Positions 13,575-27,734 of a stretch of DNA of 64,000 nucleotides are shown piece by piece; positions within the stretch are counted from its first letter, which is position 1, and each line of letters starts with the position of its first letter. The notes below the pieces were generated by a model, which had not been told where the DNA came from, did not search any database, and saw only the letters and a list, made by a program, of their open reading frames with translations. The stretch comes from the human T2T-CHM13v2.0 reference genome, Homo sapiens. The stretch is from NCBI RefSeq assembly GCF_009914755.1, contig NC_060929.1; one strand, given 5' to 3'. Both the position numbers and the translations under genes were made by a program.

Positions 13575-13960
13575 CATTTACTGAGCATTTACTATGGGCC
13601 TGGTGATGTTATGGCAAACGAGACAGTCACGGGCATGGTCCCTGCCCTCAAGGAGAGAGAGGCAATACATCTAAGAAATAGGACTGTATCAGTGATGGGG
13701 GCTCTGAAGGGAATAAAGAGGAGGTGGTATAAGATAATGATAATGGATTGGATTTAATATTAAATAGGTGGTCAGGGCTGACCTCTCTGAGGAGTGACAA
13801 CTGAGCCTAAATGTGAAGGATAAAAAGAGGCCAGACATAAGAATGTCTGTGGATAAACCTTTCCAAGAAGAAAAAAGAGAGATGTGCAAATGGCCGGATG
13901 TAGCAGATGGTCAGGCAGGCAGGGGCCAGATCAGGGAGACAGAGAACATAACTAGGTCTG
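13575..13960 (-). mobile_element. L2 fragment
   Basis: catttactgagcatttactatg...gtccctgccctcaaggag...gtggtcagggctgacctctctgaggagtgaca. Confidence 0.8.
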
Positions 13961-15407
13961 CAAGGATAATGGGTAGAGGGGCAAAGTCTCAGGGAAGTTG
14001 ACTGAAATGCAGAGGTAAAATGTAATCACAACACAAGGGCCTTGACATGCCCCATCTCTGGGGGAAATGTTCTCAAACACTAGCCCTCCAGGGGGCAGGA
14101 AATAATGTAGTCTAGTTAATTGCCCTTCGGGACTGCTCTGTGTATGAATGTAAAACTAGGGATTATCCAGCCCCAGATGCAAATGAAAAGGGCACAGTGG
14201 GTCACTGGTTTTCCTGAAGACTCTTCTCACTTGAGATAGAAGTGAAAATGCCAATTACCCTCATTTCTGTGGAAGGGAACTGGGAGAGGAGAAACACCAG
14301 AGAATTGTGCTTCCGATTGGCTTGAAAATCATAACAACCACCCCAAAATTAAGAGAACAGGAAAAAAGCCCTTTGCTCTTGGGACCTTAAGTGATTAGAA
14401 AGAGTTGTTATTTGGCTGATTTTCACACTTCATTAGCATATGCATGATTTAATGAGGGAACATGCTGGGGGGTTGGCACGGGTGAGGGCAGCTCTTTCTA
14501 CCCACAGACTAGAAACTGGGGCAGTAGCATTGGGAGCGCTTAATTACGCCAGCAAGGCAACAGAGATCAGTGCACAAAGGGGGATGAGCATATGATGGGG
14601 ACTTGGAACAAGTACAGAAAGATACCCCAATGTCTGTCTTCACCTCTGAGCACACCTGCACTGAGCCATAAGGCAGCATTGCCTAATATCCCTCCCAAGG
14701 ATAAATCCACCTGTGATAAACCTCACACTCTCCTTCTCTTGCCTCAGACACCTAGATTTTCTTCTCTGAAAATCCTACAATGGCAGGAAGAGTGAAGCAT
14801 TATATTATGATTGTCCACATTCCATTTAGCATTGAAGAGAGGAGGAAGAAAGTGGGACAGTGTTTTGGGGACAGAATAAAATGAACTCTTGAGGAACAGT
14901 CAGACCTTCACATTTTGATTCTGAACTATACTAGAGTAGATACACAAGTGGAGCAGAAAGGACAAAAGTCACAACGAATGCTGCAAATCGGTCAATGTTT
15001 AGGCTTTCTTTTTCTCCATTCAAAACACCCCAAAGGAAGATGAAAAAGAAGAAAAGGCAAAGAGAGACTACCTGCAAAGGAAGGACTCAACTATGCCCAG
15101 TCACCTATCTTTTAGGACCTGTTTCTCTTCTTGTGTCCTTTGGAAGGACATATATATAACACAAAAAGTAAGGAGTAGAATGGTGCGGGTCTTTTTGAAA
15201 AGTGGCAGGGAATTTTACAACTGTCACACCATATCTTACATTAGCACCACGTTCAATGTCATGTAACTATCATACTGCTATATCTTAGTCCATTGGTCTA
15301 TTCTGAGATATTTTGCCAATCTTTTTCTGCTTCTTATAACTCTTCAGTGTCGATCCCCCCTTTTTCTATTAAGAAAATATTATTTTTCATTTTTCAGCCC
15401 AATCTGC

Positions 15408-15450
15408 TGTGTGTATGTGTGTGTGGTGTGTGCACGTGTGCGTGTGCGTC
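15408..15450. repeat. Imperfect (TG)n
   Basis: Direct reading. Confidence 0.85.
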
Positions 15451-15469
15451 TGTACAGCTTACAGGTCTG

Positions 15470-16330
15470 AGCTAATCGGCATATTCCCTGCCCCTGGCAA
15501 CAGTGATTGGTTCAGGCATTAAAAAAAAATCCAACTTGGACCAATGAGAGTTAGGTCCAGATTTTCACTGCTACATTGAGAAGATTCCAACATATTACTT
15601 TTACTCTCTTCACACTCACTCCTCAAAGCTCTCCAAACATGTCAAACATTTTCATACCTCTGTGCTTTTGCAGATGCTATTCCACTTCTTGAATGAATGA
15701 AGAAATCCATCAGTTCTTCCATATGTTATTTTGGCTTGAATCCCCAAACCTTATGCTACCATATTTAATTTAATAAGCACACACTCACTACTATTTATTA
15801 TACCAGACCACTGGCTGTCTCCCAGCAACCCATTCTTTTCTTCTTCTGCCAATAATCCCCTGACTTTCCCTTTTCTTATCCTCAAGTAAAATTTGAGAGG
15901 TGCTGATTCCTCCCGCCACATGAGAGTGAGGCCCTAATTGGCCTAATTCATCAGGTATTCCATCTTACTGAATATAGGGAATAGATTTAGGGATAAGCAC
16001 AGAATCCAAACAGAGCTAATGAGATGTTAGGAGATGTTTCCTAAGGATTTAAGGAGATGTGGAACCCTGCACTATGGCAGACAATTTTCTACCACAAAGA
16101 GGCTGGAACAGCTGCTGGGTCTACATAGAAAGCAGAGGACAGAGACTATTGAACCCGGGTAACATAGCTAGGCTCTAGATCAAGCCTTACTCAAAACTAG
16201 TGTTCTTTAGATCTTTTAAGGTGTGTGTGCCTAATTTTTGATTAAGCAAACTTTTAGTAGGATTTTTTAGCCTGTTTAACCAAAAAATTACTGGCCAATA
16301 CAGTGACAAAATGTTAAATAGTTCAAGAGC
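15470..16330. mobile_element. Old MaLR (MLT1-like) LTR fragments with a small L2 piece
   Basis: cccctggcaacagtgattggttcagg...ggaccaatgagag and ctcccagcaacccattcttttcttc motifs typical of MLT1J/K. Confidence 0.45.
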
Positions 16331-16384
16331 CCAGCCAAAAACCTGTGGGAAATTATAAACTATCTTCTGAGTCAATGCCACATT

Positions 16385-17470
16385 GTTCATGCATTCATCC
16401 ATTCAACATGTAGTTGACCACCACTTACTATATGCCAAGTACTGTCCTAGGATGTTGGGGGTATAACAATGAACAAAACAAACAAGTGTCCTTTTGGAAC
16501 ACAGATTCTGGTGGAGGGAGATATGTAACAAACAATAAATAAGTAAGGTATGTAGTATGTTAGAAGGTGACTATGGGAAAGCAGAATAGGTTAATGCAGA
16601 TCAGAAAGACTAAAGGTGCAAGGGGACTTCAATTTCAAATAGGTACTCAAGAAAGGCTTCATTGAAAAGGCAACACTTAAAGCCTTGAAGAAGTAAGGAA
16701 ATTGGCTATGCAGATGTCTGGAAGAAGAGCAGCCCAGGTAGAAGAAACTGCCAATGTTAAGGCCTTCCAGACTGGGGAGTTCAAGCAGCAGCAAGAAGGC
16801 TACGGGACAGGCAGAAAGCAGTAGGAAGTGAGGTTAGAGAATAAACCGAAGGACAGATGATGTAGGGTCTTGCAGGCCATCATAAGGGCCCTTTTTTACA
16901 CTGGGTGAGGTGGGGAGTCATTGAAAGATTTTGAACAGAAGAGTGACATGATCTGACCTAATTTTTTATAGGAATCAATATGGCTACTGTGTGGAGAAGA
17001 GATTTGGGGGTCAGTGGTAAAAGTGGAAGCAGGGAACTGCTACAACAAAGTATGTTAGATACTTGCTTGCATCAGCACGGTAGCAGTGGAAGTGATGAAA
17101 AAAGATTAGATTCTGGGTAGATTTTAAAAATAGAGCCAATATGATTTTCTGATGCATTGCATGTGGAGTGTGAATAAAGAATGACTGCAAGGTTTTTGGC
17201 CTGAAGAACTAGAAGGATGAAGTTGTTATCAACTGAGGAAGGGACAGTTGTAGGTGAAAAAGGTTTGTTCAGGAGATGATCAGAAGTTCAGTCGGAAATA
17301 TTAAGTCTGCGATATTTTATTAGACATCCAAATAGAAATTTTGAAGCAGCAGTTGCATAAGAAAATATGGAATTCAGGACTGGACTAAAAACATGAATTT
17401 GGGAGTTGCTGACATATAGATACTATTTCAAGTCACAAGAGTAGATGAAATAATAAAGGGAGAATTGTAC
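16385..17470 (-). mobile_element. L2 (L2a-like), about 1.1 kb
   Basis: cattcatccattcaaca...tatgccaagtactgtcctaggatgttggggg...ttttgaacagaagagtgacatgatctgac...tagacatccaaatagaaat. Confidence 0.92.
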
Positions 17471-17494
17471 ATAACAGTGGATCCAAGTACTAAT

Positions 17495-17720
17495 TCATTT
17501 AAGTCACTTATTTAATCCCTATAACCTTGTTAAGTCAGTTATTTTTATCCTAATTTTATAATTAAGGAAATCGAGGCTCATGGATATTAAGATCACACAA
17601 CAGCTTGGCCAAGAGCATATATGCTCACCTGTGTATAAAGACATAAATAGCTGAGCTGGGACTGAAACCCAGGCAGTCTGACTCTAGAGTCTGTGTTCCT
17701 GTCACCCAATATTGCTGCCT
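17495..17720 (-). mobile_element. MIR
   Basis: aaggaaatcgaggctca...ctgagctgggactgaaacccaggcagtctgactctagagtc. Confidence 0.8.
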
Positions 17721-17904
17721 ATTCCCAAGTGGAATTTTTAAATCAGCTGATACATGTTTAGGGTTAGAAATAACGAGAATATAAAGGACCTAAGTGTGGG
17801 CAACAGAGCCAAAAGAATTCAGTTCCCTGTCTCTAGGGTTATACTGAGCTGCAACTACAATGCTGAGACAAAGGTAAGGGCTGAGGTATCTAAACACAGG
17901 GAGA

Positions 17905-18065
17905 CCAGTTTGCTCAGTGGTCCCCACACTTAGTCAAATTCACTAGATGCAGCTTTCTAGGTGACCATGCCTAGACATTGATTCAGTAGATATTGAGTAG
18001 AGCTCAGAAATTTCATTTTGACACATATCTCAGGAAATTCTGAACACTTTTTGAGAAATGCTATT
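17905..18065. mobile_element. MER5-like hAT-Charlie fossil
   Basis: tgattcagtagatattgagtagagctcagaaatttcattttgacaca...tttgagaaatgct. Confidence 0.65.
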
Positions 18066-18299
18066 ATAGAAAATAGACTTAGTTTGACTCTGTCCAATAA
18101 CTCTCCATTCCCAAAGACCAATAAAACTGGCCTTTATCTTAACTTCACAAGTAGGATTGTGACTGAAGAAAGATATCTGTACATGGCTAATGACTACAGC
18201 TTAGCTTGAAAAAATAGTTTGATACTCTTTATGAAGGTCTTCAGTCTTCTTTTGTCAATCATAATCAATTTCCTACTTGAACTGAAATTGATCTTTTAT

Positions 18300-18900
18300 T
18301 TAGTCATGTTAGTAAATAAAATAACCTTGAACTTTGCAGAGCAAATGGTAGGTTTGCACTAATTACTCATTAAAAGTGTGTGAGAAATTTACATCTTTCA
18401 TTTGTCAGTGGAGACCCAAGCTTATTCAGATAACTTTACCTAATGATAGTTGCAATCAAAGTGTAATAGCTTTTAACTTATGCTAACAAGTGACTGTACT
18501 TACAATAAACTGCCACAGCAGAGCTATAAATAAAATGGGTTGCTATGAATGCCCACTTCCTTTTTAGTTCTGACTAAATAGACAAGTACAGAGCTTCTCA
18601 GAAATGCGCATATAACTCCAATAATTCTACAGTTGAGTAAGCCCAGAAAAACATGGAAAAAAGAGCTGATATTTGCTTGAATCAAAGGTAACTGCACAAA
18701 TGATTTCCTTCAATACCAAATGCCATTACCAACTGTTTGCACATCCTATTGCTTTATGTTTTTACTTAGGGTTTTGAAAACAGCCCTTATGAATTGTCTC
18801 TATTTTAGTGATATGACTAATCATATTAATATGGTGCAGTTTTATTTTAAGAATTTTTCCAGAACCACTGACTCATCCAATTTATTGGTTCCACTGGGAG
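18300..18900. promoter_or_regulatory. Candidate conserved enhancer block
   Basis: Repeat-free; exact MEF2 consensus CTATAAATAA at 18524-18533; several TAAT cores; TGACTCA near 18868. Confidence 0.35.
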
Positions 18901-19054
18901 GCAATCAAATGGGACTGGACTAATTTCTAAAACAGGAAAATCAAGACAATGAATAGTGGTGTCTTCCTCCTGCCCCCTATTTTTTTTGTGCAAAATGAAA
19001 ATATGGGGGCAAAGGAGAAATAATTTCTTAATCACATTATATTAAATACTTACA

Positions 19055-19940
19055 TAGTAATTTAGTGTAGTGATTAAGAAAATGGGTTCTTAGTTGCAAT
19101 GGTCATAAGCAGGTTATCAGTTTCTTTATCTATAAAATGGGGCTGGTGAAAGTACCCACCTCATAAGGACTGTTAAGGAGATTAGATAGGCTCCCACTTC
19201 TGACTATATATCCAAAGGAAATAAAATCACTATCTTGAAGAGACATGTAAACTTCCATATTAATTGCAGCATTATTCACAATAGATAAGATATAGAAACA
19301 ACTTAAGTGTCTATCAACAGATTAATTAATAAAGAAAATGTGGTATACATGCAAAACAAATATTATTCAGCCTTAAAAAAGGAAACCCTCCCATTTGTGA
19401 CCACATGGAAGAACCTAATACATTACGCCAAATGAAATGAACCACACACAGAAAGACAATACTGCATGATCTCACTTATATGGGAAATCTAAAAAAGTTG
19501 AACTCATAGAAACAGAGTAGAAGGGTGATTACCAGGGGTTGAGGAGTGAGGTATTGGGGAGCTGTTGGCCTAATAAATTCCAGAGACCTAATATACAACA
19601 TGGTGACTACAGTTAGTAATGTGTTATATACTTGAAATTTGCTAAGAGTAGATGTTATTCTCATCACATATGCATAAAACAAAACAGAAAAAACCACAAA
19701 ACATAAGCATGTGAGGTGATAGATAATTAGCTTGATTGTGGACTCATTTCACTAGGTATAGTATATCAAAACGTCAGGTTGTGCAACTTAAATACAAACT
19801 GTTTTGTCAATTACATCTCAAAGCTGAAAAAGTCAATTTGCATGACTAAAAAACAGAAGATTCGATGGAATAACGCACATAAAATGACCAGCGTAGTATC
19901 TGGCACATGATAAAAATTCTTTGTCATCATTAGTGACTAT
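19055..19940 (+). mobile_element. MIR split by L1MA
   Basis: cagtttctttatctataaaatgggg...cacctcataaggactgttaaggagattaga, resuming ataacgcacataaaatgaccagcgtagtatctggcaca. Confidence 0.7.
19191..19835 (+). mobile_element. L1MA (L1MA8/9-like) 3' end
   Basis: cccacttctgactatatatccaaaggaaataaaatc...gaaatttgctaagagtagat...; degenerate TSD aggagattagatagg / agaagattcgatgga. Confidence 0.9.
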
Positions 19941-21793
19941 CATTTTTATCTATGCACATTTTTATCTATGCTCAACTGGGTATAAACATGCCTGCATATA
20001 GACTATCCCTACGTTTTGTCACTATTGAACTCAGCTGCCTAGTTACTGCCTAATAAGCATCTCTGTTTCACCTCTTCCACTGTAGGCATTCAGTGTGTTT
20101 TGCTGCTGACTCAAACAATGGTACACCAACAGAAAACACCCATATAAAAATGTCATTGCAATGATATGACATCTGAGGAGGATTTTAAAATGCAGAAGCA
20201 TCTTGTTCTTATCCAATTGGGCAATGAAAAAAACCAATGAGAATCTTCATGATAGGTCCACGTATGCTCCCATACGTCCAAGTGTATACATATCTGTTCC
20301 TCGAGTCATCACAAACAGAAGTCATCACAAAGGACAGAGTGAGCAGAACTTAAAACCACCCACCTGGCCTATGTGCAATGCACTTTTTACCAAGTGATAA
20401 GTTTAAGTTATTATGAGATAGAACACCACTTCCGTGGCATCTGACTGCTCTAGTAGCTACAAATGGCAAACATTCTTCTTCTTTTAATTTACACTCAGAG
20501 TGCCCACAATGTGCCATATACTGTGCCAAGGGCCCTGGGGAAAGGTAAGGCAAATAAGGCAAAATCTCTGAGCTAAAGATAAGCCACAGAATATACTATT
20601 TCTCCAACAAATACCTAGCAGAGGACCTGGCTCATAATTGATGATTAATAAGGATTTGCTGAATGAACAAATGTACAATTTGGGAAGTCCTATTTACAAA
20701 CCTAGGGTAGAAAAGGAAACTAATCAAGCCAAATTTAGGAAGTCTCTGTTCCCAGTTACCACTGCCAAAAACCATTATTTGTTTTGTAGCTTCTAAGTCT
20801 GGCCAGGAAGCACATGTTTTTTCTTAGTTAGGCCATTGATTCTTAGTGAGTACCATCACCTTGTGATTATTGCTACTAATTAAGGTCCACTCTGAACTTT
20901 TATAGTAGTGAGAGTGACTTAATATACCACCATTGGCAATGAGAAGAATCAGCTTGATTTCACCAGCCTGTAACTCCATCCCATAAGTTCTCCACCTTTT
21001 AAGGTGGAAGTAGTAAATCAGCTAAACTCTTCCAAAAGTTTTGGGAGTTGACCCTTTGTTAGCTCTCAACGTTCCCACTGTGTTCTCACAGCATGAAAGT
21101 GCTCCACCATGATCCATACAATAACAGGCACTGTTCCACTGAAATCAACAGAATAAAGGGCTCTTACATACCCCTTTTCAGCTATTATTTGTAGTGTGAC
21201 TACAATCATGCTTTAGCTTTCAAGACACTCAAGAACTTAAGGATGCACCATCTGTGGATTCTTGTCATCACATAAAGCAAATAATTGCTTTTTAAAAAAT
21301 CCATGCCACTATTGCTAATTTTTTCATTTCCACAAGCTACCCTGCTAAACAACCTCTGGGTATTTACATAGCATATTTGATTATGCAGTGGTTTTGTGTG
21401 TACTGAACATTATACAGTGAGTCCATGTATCCTGAACTCACCATCTGGATTTTTCAAACCAACTTGCCTGCTTTCTTTTATTTTTAGCAGGAGGATGATA
21501 ACACCCATCTTTCTGGCCTCTGGAGGGATTAATACTCACAAAAGCTGTAAAGCTGAAAGACTCTGCATCTGTGCTGAATATGATATAACAAGGTATATTT
21601 GTAACCTCGTGCTTAAAGAGACCTATCTACTGGGCATCTCCGACTACCAGCAGCTAAGCACATTATTGTCATCAAATGGTATTTATTGAACATGCAGTAA
21701 CTGTCTGGTGAGCTCCAAATTAATGGGGGACTCCTGAGAACCTAATTTTAAAACATTATCTCCCTCTTTGTTATCTGTATTTGTTTGTTTCAG

Positions 21794-21937
21794 AGCCTGA
21801 CATGTTAATTGGGGCTCAGGACTCCAACGCACAACTGCAATTTTCCTTTTGAAAGCAAGAAAGCGGCTGCCTAAAGACAGCTGGCTTAGCTCCTGGAGTT
21901 CAGAGGTTGGCAGGGAGCTGTGCAGCCACAAGTGCCA
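21794..21937 (+). other. Candidate non-coding exon, 144 nt
   Basis: Acceptor ctttgttatctgtatttgtttgtttcag| and donor cca|gtaagt; stops in all three frames. Confidence 0.3.
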
Positions 21938-22669
21938 GTAAGTGCCATGAATACGGCAGAAAACTGGAGCTTGTCTCAGGTACAGGCTGAGAAATAGACA
22001 AACAAACCGTCAATCTCCTTTCAGAGTCTCCCTTCCCATAACTACTCCATCCGAGACAGGCATTTGTCTTATTTTTAGTCTCCTCCTCAGGAGCTTTCCA
22101 TTTTTATCCCTAGTATCTTTGGGGACTTGGTGAGTCTGGTTTTGAGCCTCTAATTGGCTTTTACCCTCTAATTCTTTTTCATTCACCCAGAAGGCAAATT
22201 GGCCCTTTCCTTGTCTACTTTATCCCAATTTCTTTCACTCGGTTGCCTCATTTTGTTTTTCATCTTCCAAGGAGACTTACCCTCTTCTCTCCTCTCACGT
22301 ATCACTGGAGATCTGTCAAGCCTGCCTTAACCCTGACTTCCTTAACCTTCCCCTGATGAAGGCTTCCCCAGCTGGTAATTTATTTCTCTAATCCACAGCT
22401 TCCACAGTACTTGGTTTGGATTTTCTCTGTAATACATTCTAAGATGATTTATACCCATTGATAGGCATATGCAGAAGATAAATCTTCACACACCATACAG
22501 CACTCACCAGCATACTGAGCCTAGAGCAGGAGCTTAAATTATTCTTAGACAAATGAATGCTATCATTTAAATATTATAAGTACTTTACAAAAAGAATGTT
22601 TTACCAATGATAAAATCAACACCTAACATAATCTAACAGTGCATTAACACTGAGAACAAACAAAATTAT

Positions 22670-22915
22670 CAACAGTAGCAACTAATATTGACTCAGCACT
22701 TAAGAATGCTCTAGGCACATAGCGAGATGCTTTGCTTGGATTATCTCTTTGAATCCTATCAATAACTTGATGAGGTAGGCACTAATATTATAGAAGGGAA
22801 TTGTAGCTTCAGGAATTAACTTTCTCCAGGGTATACAGCTAACAAATAGTAGATCTGGGAATCAGGTCCATGTCTGTCTGACCTCAGAATTTGCTATCTT
22901 AGCCACTTCACTTCT
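22670..22915 (-). mobile_element. MIR
   Basis: taatattgactcagcactt...gaatcctatcaataacttgatgaggtagg...ctgtctgacctcag. Confidence 0.75.
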
Positions 22916-23799
22916 GTCTTCTTTTTCCTTGTGAGCCTGTTTAAAGGGATCTAGTCAGGCTCAACCAGAGTGACTTTGAGAATTTATAAAACCATATATA
23001 TAAAAATAGGTGACAGATACACTGAATACTCCGAGGTGACTTTTTAATTTCTGTAGAAAATATCCTCTGATTCCCATTCCGGGGCAGCCAGAACAAAGCA
23101 ATGGCCAAAGAAAGTTTACTTACTCCCCAGTTCTTAGATGGAGTTATGATTTCTTCACTAAACAATGAGGAGGCCAACCTAGGTTCTTAGAGCAAATCTT
23201 GTTTTCTAGCGATGAACATATTTCTCCTTGTCTTTGACTTAGATGTTATTTGCACTAGCCTAATTTAAATTGTTAACACAGTACAAATTTTAACAGAAAG
23301 ACAGAAAGAGAATGAATATGAAAGATTTGGGCTGCTGCTGGTGATAGTGGGGAGCTCTATTTACTTTTGGTTAAATGCCAGTGCTGTAAGAGTCCAAGGT
23401 CAGTAAAAGAGGTGTGAAACCAATTAGGGTTTCTCAGCTTCTGGCTGCTGGAAGATATGCATATTGCACACCCAAAATATACAGTTTTGTAAGGAGGTAT
23501 CGACAGGCTACAGTCACTCTGCCATGCTGCACAATGGCATGGTGCCAATCTAGCCTGAGACAACACATGTCCACTCATGAGTTTTGGGTTAAAAGTGCTG
23601 CAACCCAAAAGAACAGAGGTGAACAAAAGAGATTCAGCAAGACTGGGAATGAAGCATGAATCACAGATAGAGGAGATCACCATCAAAAGCTTAGGAAAAA
23701 ATCTGCCAAAGCTATATAGCTCTCTGCTAATGACTATGATTGTAATTTCTGCATATTTTAACAGATGTTCTGTTTATAAAACTGCAAACGAATTTAGGG

Positions 23800-24200
23800 G
23801 TTATGAGTAAAGCCAGGAGGCCCTGGAGATGTTTCTTTGTATGATTAACTGACCACAGGCCATTTGTTTTACAACAAAGATGCACAATGATCCATAGTCC
23901 ATGATTTATACCAGCCCATGTATACTAACGGCTGATGTCTCCATGGTACTTCTCATTAGCATCAGAAGAGGGATTGCAGGGAAACAGATTATGGGAATTG
24001 CTCTCCCATTGCTCAACACGATAGTTCATTAGTGGGTGTGGAATCGATCTGAAAAAAAACCTAAGACGATAATCATAAGCTGAAATTTGAATTATTATAA
24101 CAATTAAGGAAGTCAATTCAATCATGAAAGAAATAATATGGATTTTTATAGCTCTAGGTCCATGCATCTTGATAATTGGAAATGAGAGGATTTTCTGTAA
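23800..24200. promoter_or_regulatory. Candidate conserved enhancer block
   Basis: Repeat-free; tandem SOX sites AACAAAG/ACAATG (23874-23889); PBX-HOX-like TGATTTAT; many TAAT cores. Confidence 0.35.
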
Positions 24201-24804
24201 TTTCCAAATAAAAGATAAATATAAATAAAAGATAATAATAATAAACATAATATTACTGACTTGTACTGATTACCTATCTATGGATCAAGCATTCTGGTGG
24301 GTAATTTATATAAATTATCTCACTTCATCCTCACAACTGTGTATTGTAAGGATCCCCGGGTACTGGTACCAGAATGGCATCAAGGTTAGGGGCATCCCAG
24401 GCTGCTGGCTATTTCTTTTCCTCCTCAAGACCCTTCTTCTTGGAGGGCACTCTCTAATGCTGTCTCTACCAAATTAATTTTCTCTGCTTCCTCATAGCCA
24501 CTGCTGCCTCATTACTTCACAGCTCAGACTTGCTCTCATAGTCTCATTTCACCTTAAGTTCTCAGAGCTAAATACCCTGATGGTATTTTTTTCTGGTCTC
24601 AACTCCCAAGAGAAGAAATCTGATAGACTCAGCTAATTTTTTTTGGGGGGTGGGGGGGTGGACTAGGTCACATAAAAAGTCATAAGCCCATCTATCGATT
24701 GGTTACCTTTCTGTACTCCTGCCCTTCGGTCTAATCAGCTGTGCTTGGATGGGGTAGGAATGACTAGGGGTTCAAAATAGGGGGGCTCTCCAAGGAAGTG
24801 AAAT

Positions 24805-24928
24805 CAGGATCTCCAAGAGAGATCCACATTCTCATGCTCATTGCAACACCATTCCCAATAGCCAGATATGGAAGCAACCTAAATGTCTGTCAACAGATGA
24901 ATGGATGAAGAAAATGTGGGGTATGTGT

Positions 24929-24971
<43 letters not shown>

Positions 24972-25497
24972 TGTATATATATGTGTGTATACACTGGGAT
25001 ATCATTCAGCCTTTAAAAGGAAGGAAATCCTGGCATTTACAACAACATGGATGAACCTGGAGGACATTATGCAAAGTGAAATAAGTCAGATGCAGAATGA
25101 CAAATATTGCATGATCTCACTTATATGTGGAATCTAAAATAGCTAAACATAAAAACAGAGTAGGATAGCAGTTACCAGGGCCTGAGGGGGTGGGGAAGGA
25201 GAACATGTTGGTTAAGGGGTACAAAGCTTCAGTTATACAAAATGAATAATTTCTGAAGATCTGATGTACAGCAATGTGACTATAGTTAACATTATTGTAT
25301 TGTAGACTTGAAATTTGCTAAAAGGGCAGATATTAAGTGTTCTTGCCATATATACACAGAAAAAGAGGCAACTATGTGAGGTGATATATATGTTAATTTG
25401 ACTGTGGCTAATATTTTATGACACATACATCAAATCAAGTTGTATACCTTAAATATACACAATTTTAACTGTCAAATATACAATAAAACTAGAAAAA
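24805..25497 (+). mobile_element. L1MA (L1MA9-like) 3' end with internal (CA)n
   Basis: aatagccagatatggaagcaacctaaatgtc...atggatgaacctggaggacattatg...gaaatttgctaaaagggcagat; (CA)n near 24933-24961. Confidence 0.9.
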
Positions 25498-25599
25498 GAA
25501 TAGGGCCCCTTTATAACCTTTTAAGTGGAGACTGGAGCACAGAAGATGCCCTTGGATGGGGAAATCACCATCAGTAAATACAGTTCATGCTGAGGGTGA

Positions 25600-25825
25600 T
25601 GGGAAGATACAGGCTGTGGGGTCAGGCCGCCTGCCTCTGCCTCTTATTGGCTGTAGGACCTTAGGCACTTATGTTAAAAGACTGAGCTTTATTCACTCAC
25701 CCATAAAATGGAAATATTACAATTACCTACTTAATAAGGGTGCTATGAGAGTGAAAGGGATGTACAAATGCTTAGCACAGTGCCTGGTGCAGAATCCCCA
25801 CTTAATAAATGCTGGCTATTATCAT
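25600..25825 (+). mobile_element. MIR
   Basis: ggctgtaggaccttaggcactt...cttagcacagtgcctggtgcag...ttaataaatgctggctatt. Confidence 0.8.
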
Positions 25826-27734
25826 AATCCCGTTAATACATTTTATTAATAACAAATTATAATTGCAATAACAACTTCTCCAGAGCTAAGCCCAAATTCG
25901 AAGATGAGTTAGTGCTCCAAGTGGCCCCACTTAACCATGCTGGAATGAAAGGGAGGAGCAGCTGCATGTGTCTGTCATTCAAATCAATGGGGTAATTCTG
26001 TTTTTATTGTGAACAGACAAAAGCTGTGTCCTCGGCTGGGTCCAAATGATGAGATTCTTTATGACTAACTGAGGCAGAGGTGATATTCTCAGACCTTCCT
26101 GAATGACCCACACAAACACCCAATGGTTCTTGGAGCTTAAGGAGTAACAATCTGACTGAGGAAGTCACCACAAATTTCATGCTCTAGTCCCAGTTTCACG
26201 CCCCCTTTTCTCGCATCCAGAGTCTTATTTCCCAAATTTGCTTTCCCTGCTCTCTCTAGAATGCATTGGATACTTCCATTGGAAATGTCTAGGTCAGTAC
26301 CTAACATCTGGCATAGCTATCTCCAAATTTGTTGGATAATTAAATTCTACCCAAGAACTCAACAGGGGGGTGGCAAATGAATACCTGAGGGCACTGCCTG
26401 GCTTTGGAAATTTGAGTGCATATTATCACTATTTGTGTGTATTTGTGAGCACAAAAGAATTAGTAAGTGCTCCTGAAGCATCATCTCATTCCATCTGTTG
26501 TCAAAGTTCACATTAAGCACCAAATCCAAGGGAGCATAATGAGTTATGTGAAAATGAACTTGTGCTTGGAATTTCAGTATCCCCAGGTGATGCAAATAGG
26601 CACATTTCAGCTTGTTCTGAAGAATCCCAGGCTCTGGGACCTGAACATATGGTCTAAGTTATTTAGCCAGATAAGACATGGGATTTCCTACAAGTAGGGT
26701 TTTGTCAGCAGGTTGGTAAACAGTTTTTCCTCAGCTTGGACACTCCATATCATGGTGGGGATGGGATAAGTATATAGTGAGGTCTTTCCATAAAGGACAT
26801 GTTTACAAAAAAGGAGATCAAGCCTTTAACTTGTGCCCCAAGGCTCAGAAGCCAGCACTAGTTAGTTATGCAAGTATTTTGAACCCACAGGACTTCTGGG
26901 GAATTGGAAGGAGTCCAACCTGGCTATTAGAACTAAGCTTCGGATAAATTTTACTCCTGTCCTCACTATCAACATTAATAAAATGTTCAAGGAGCTGGAA
27001 CCAGAGCCATAAAGAATGTTCATGTCAGAGAAAGCAGGATACACAGGGACAAGAGGAGTGAAATTCAGCTTATGAATTGTTCCCTTCATATGCTCCAAAT
27101 GCTACTTCTCTCTCCAAAACATGTTTATTCCATAGAGCGCATGCCTAATGCCATCCACACCTAAATGCTTTACAGCTACTATTATTTAGCTGAAATTAGA
27201 ACACTTTTTAAGTATTAGGAGATCAAATCCCCAGGCAATTTGTAATGCAAAATTTCCCCACATTTTGTATTTCTCAGTGCTGCCTGAAACCCGACATTAG
27301 AACTATGTAAGCCCCAGCAAATGCCTCATGTCAGGGAATGTTCTAAGAGAGTGCTGGGGATTATCAGCCACATTTGTTAACTTTAGTACAATTTAGACAC
27401 TTTTAAAGATAAAGGTCATTAATATTTTAACATAACATTAAGTTTAAATTCAGAACTGAGAACTGTTATGAGAATCTAACCAGTTTTAATTCGGCATTTA
27501 ATAAAATTTATTTATGTTAAAAGAAATACTGGGTATCAGGAGAAAAAAACACAATAGAATGAATATTTGAAAATATTATATTCTAGCTAAGTCATGCAGC
27601 TTTATTTAAGTCATCATTAGCAGGCCTAGCAAGTTAAATTTTTCAAAGCCCTATGACATGTGCAGCTCCTAAAAATATAAGGAAAGCTTAGCCCAGTCAC
27701 CCTGGGGTAATGGTAAGGAATACAAGACCAAGTT

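Noticed and set aside
24644-24661. G-quadruplex candidate
   Set aside because: Only two long G runs; marginal and with no functional context
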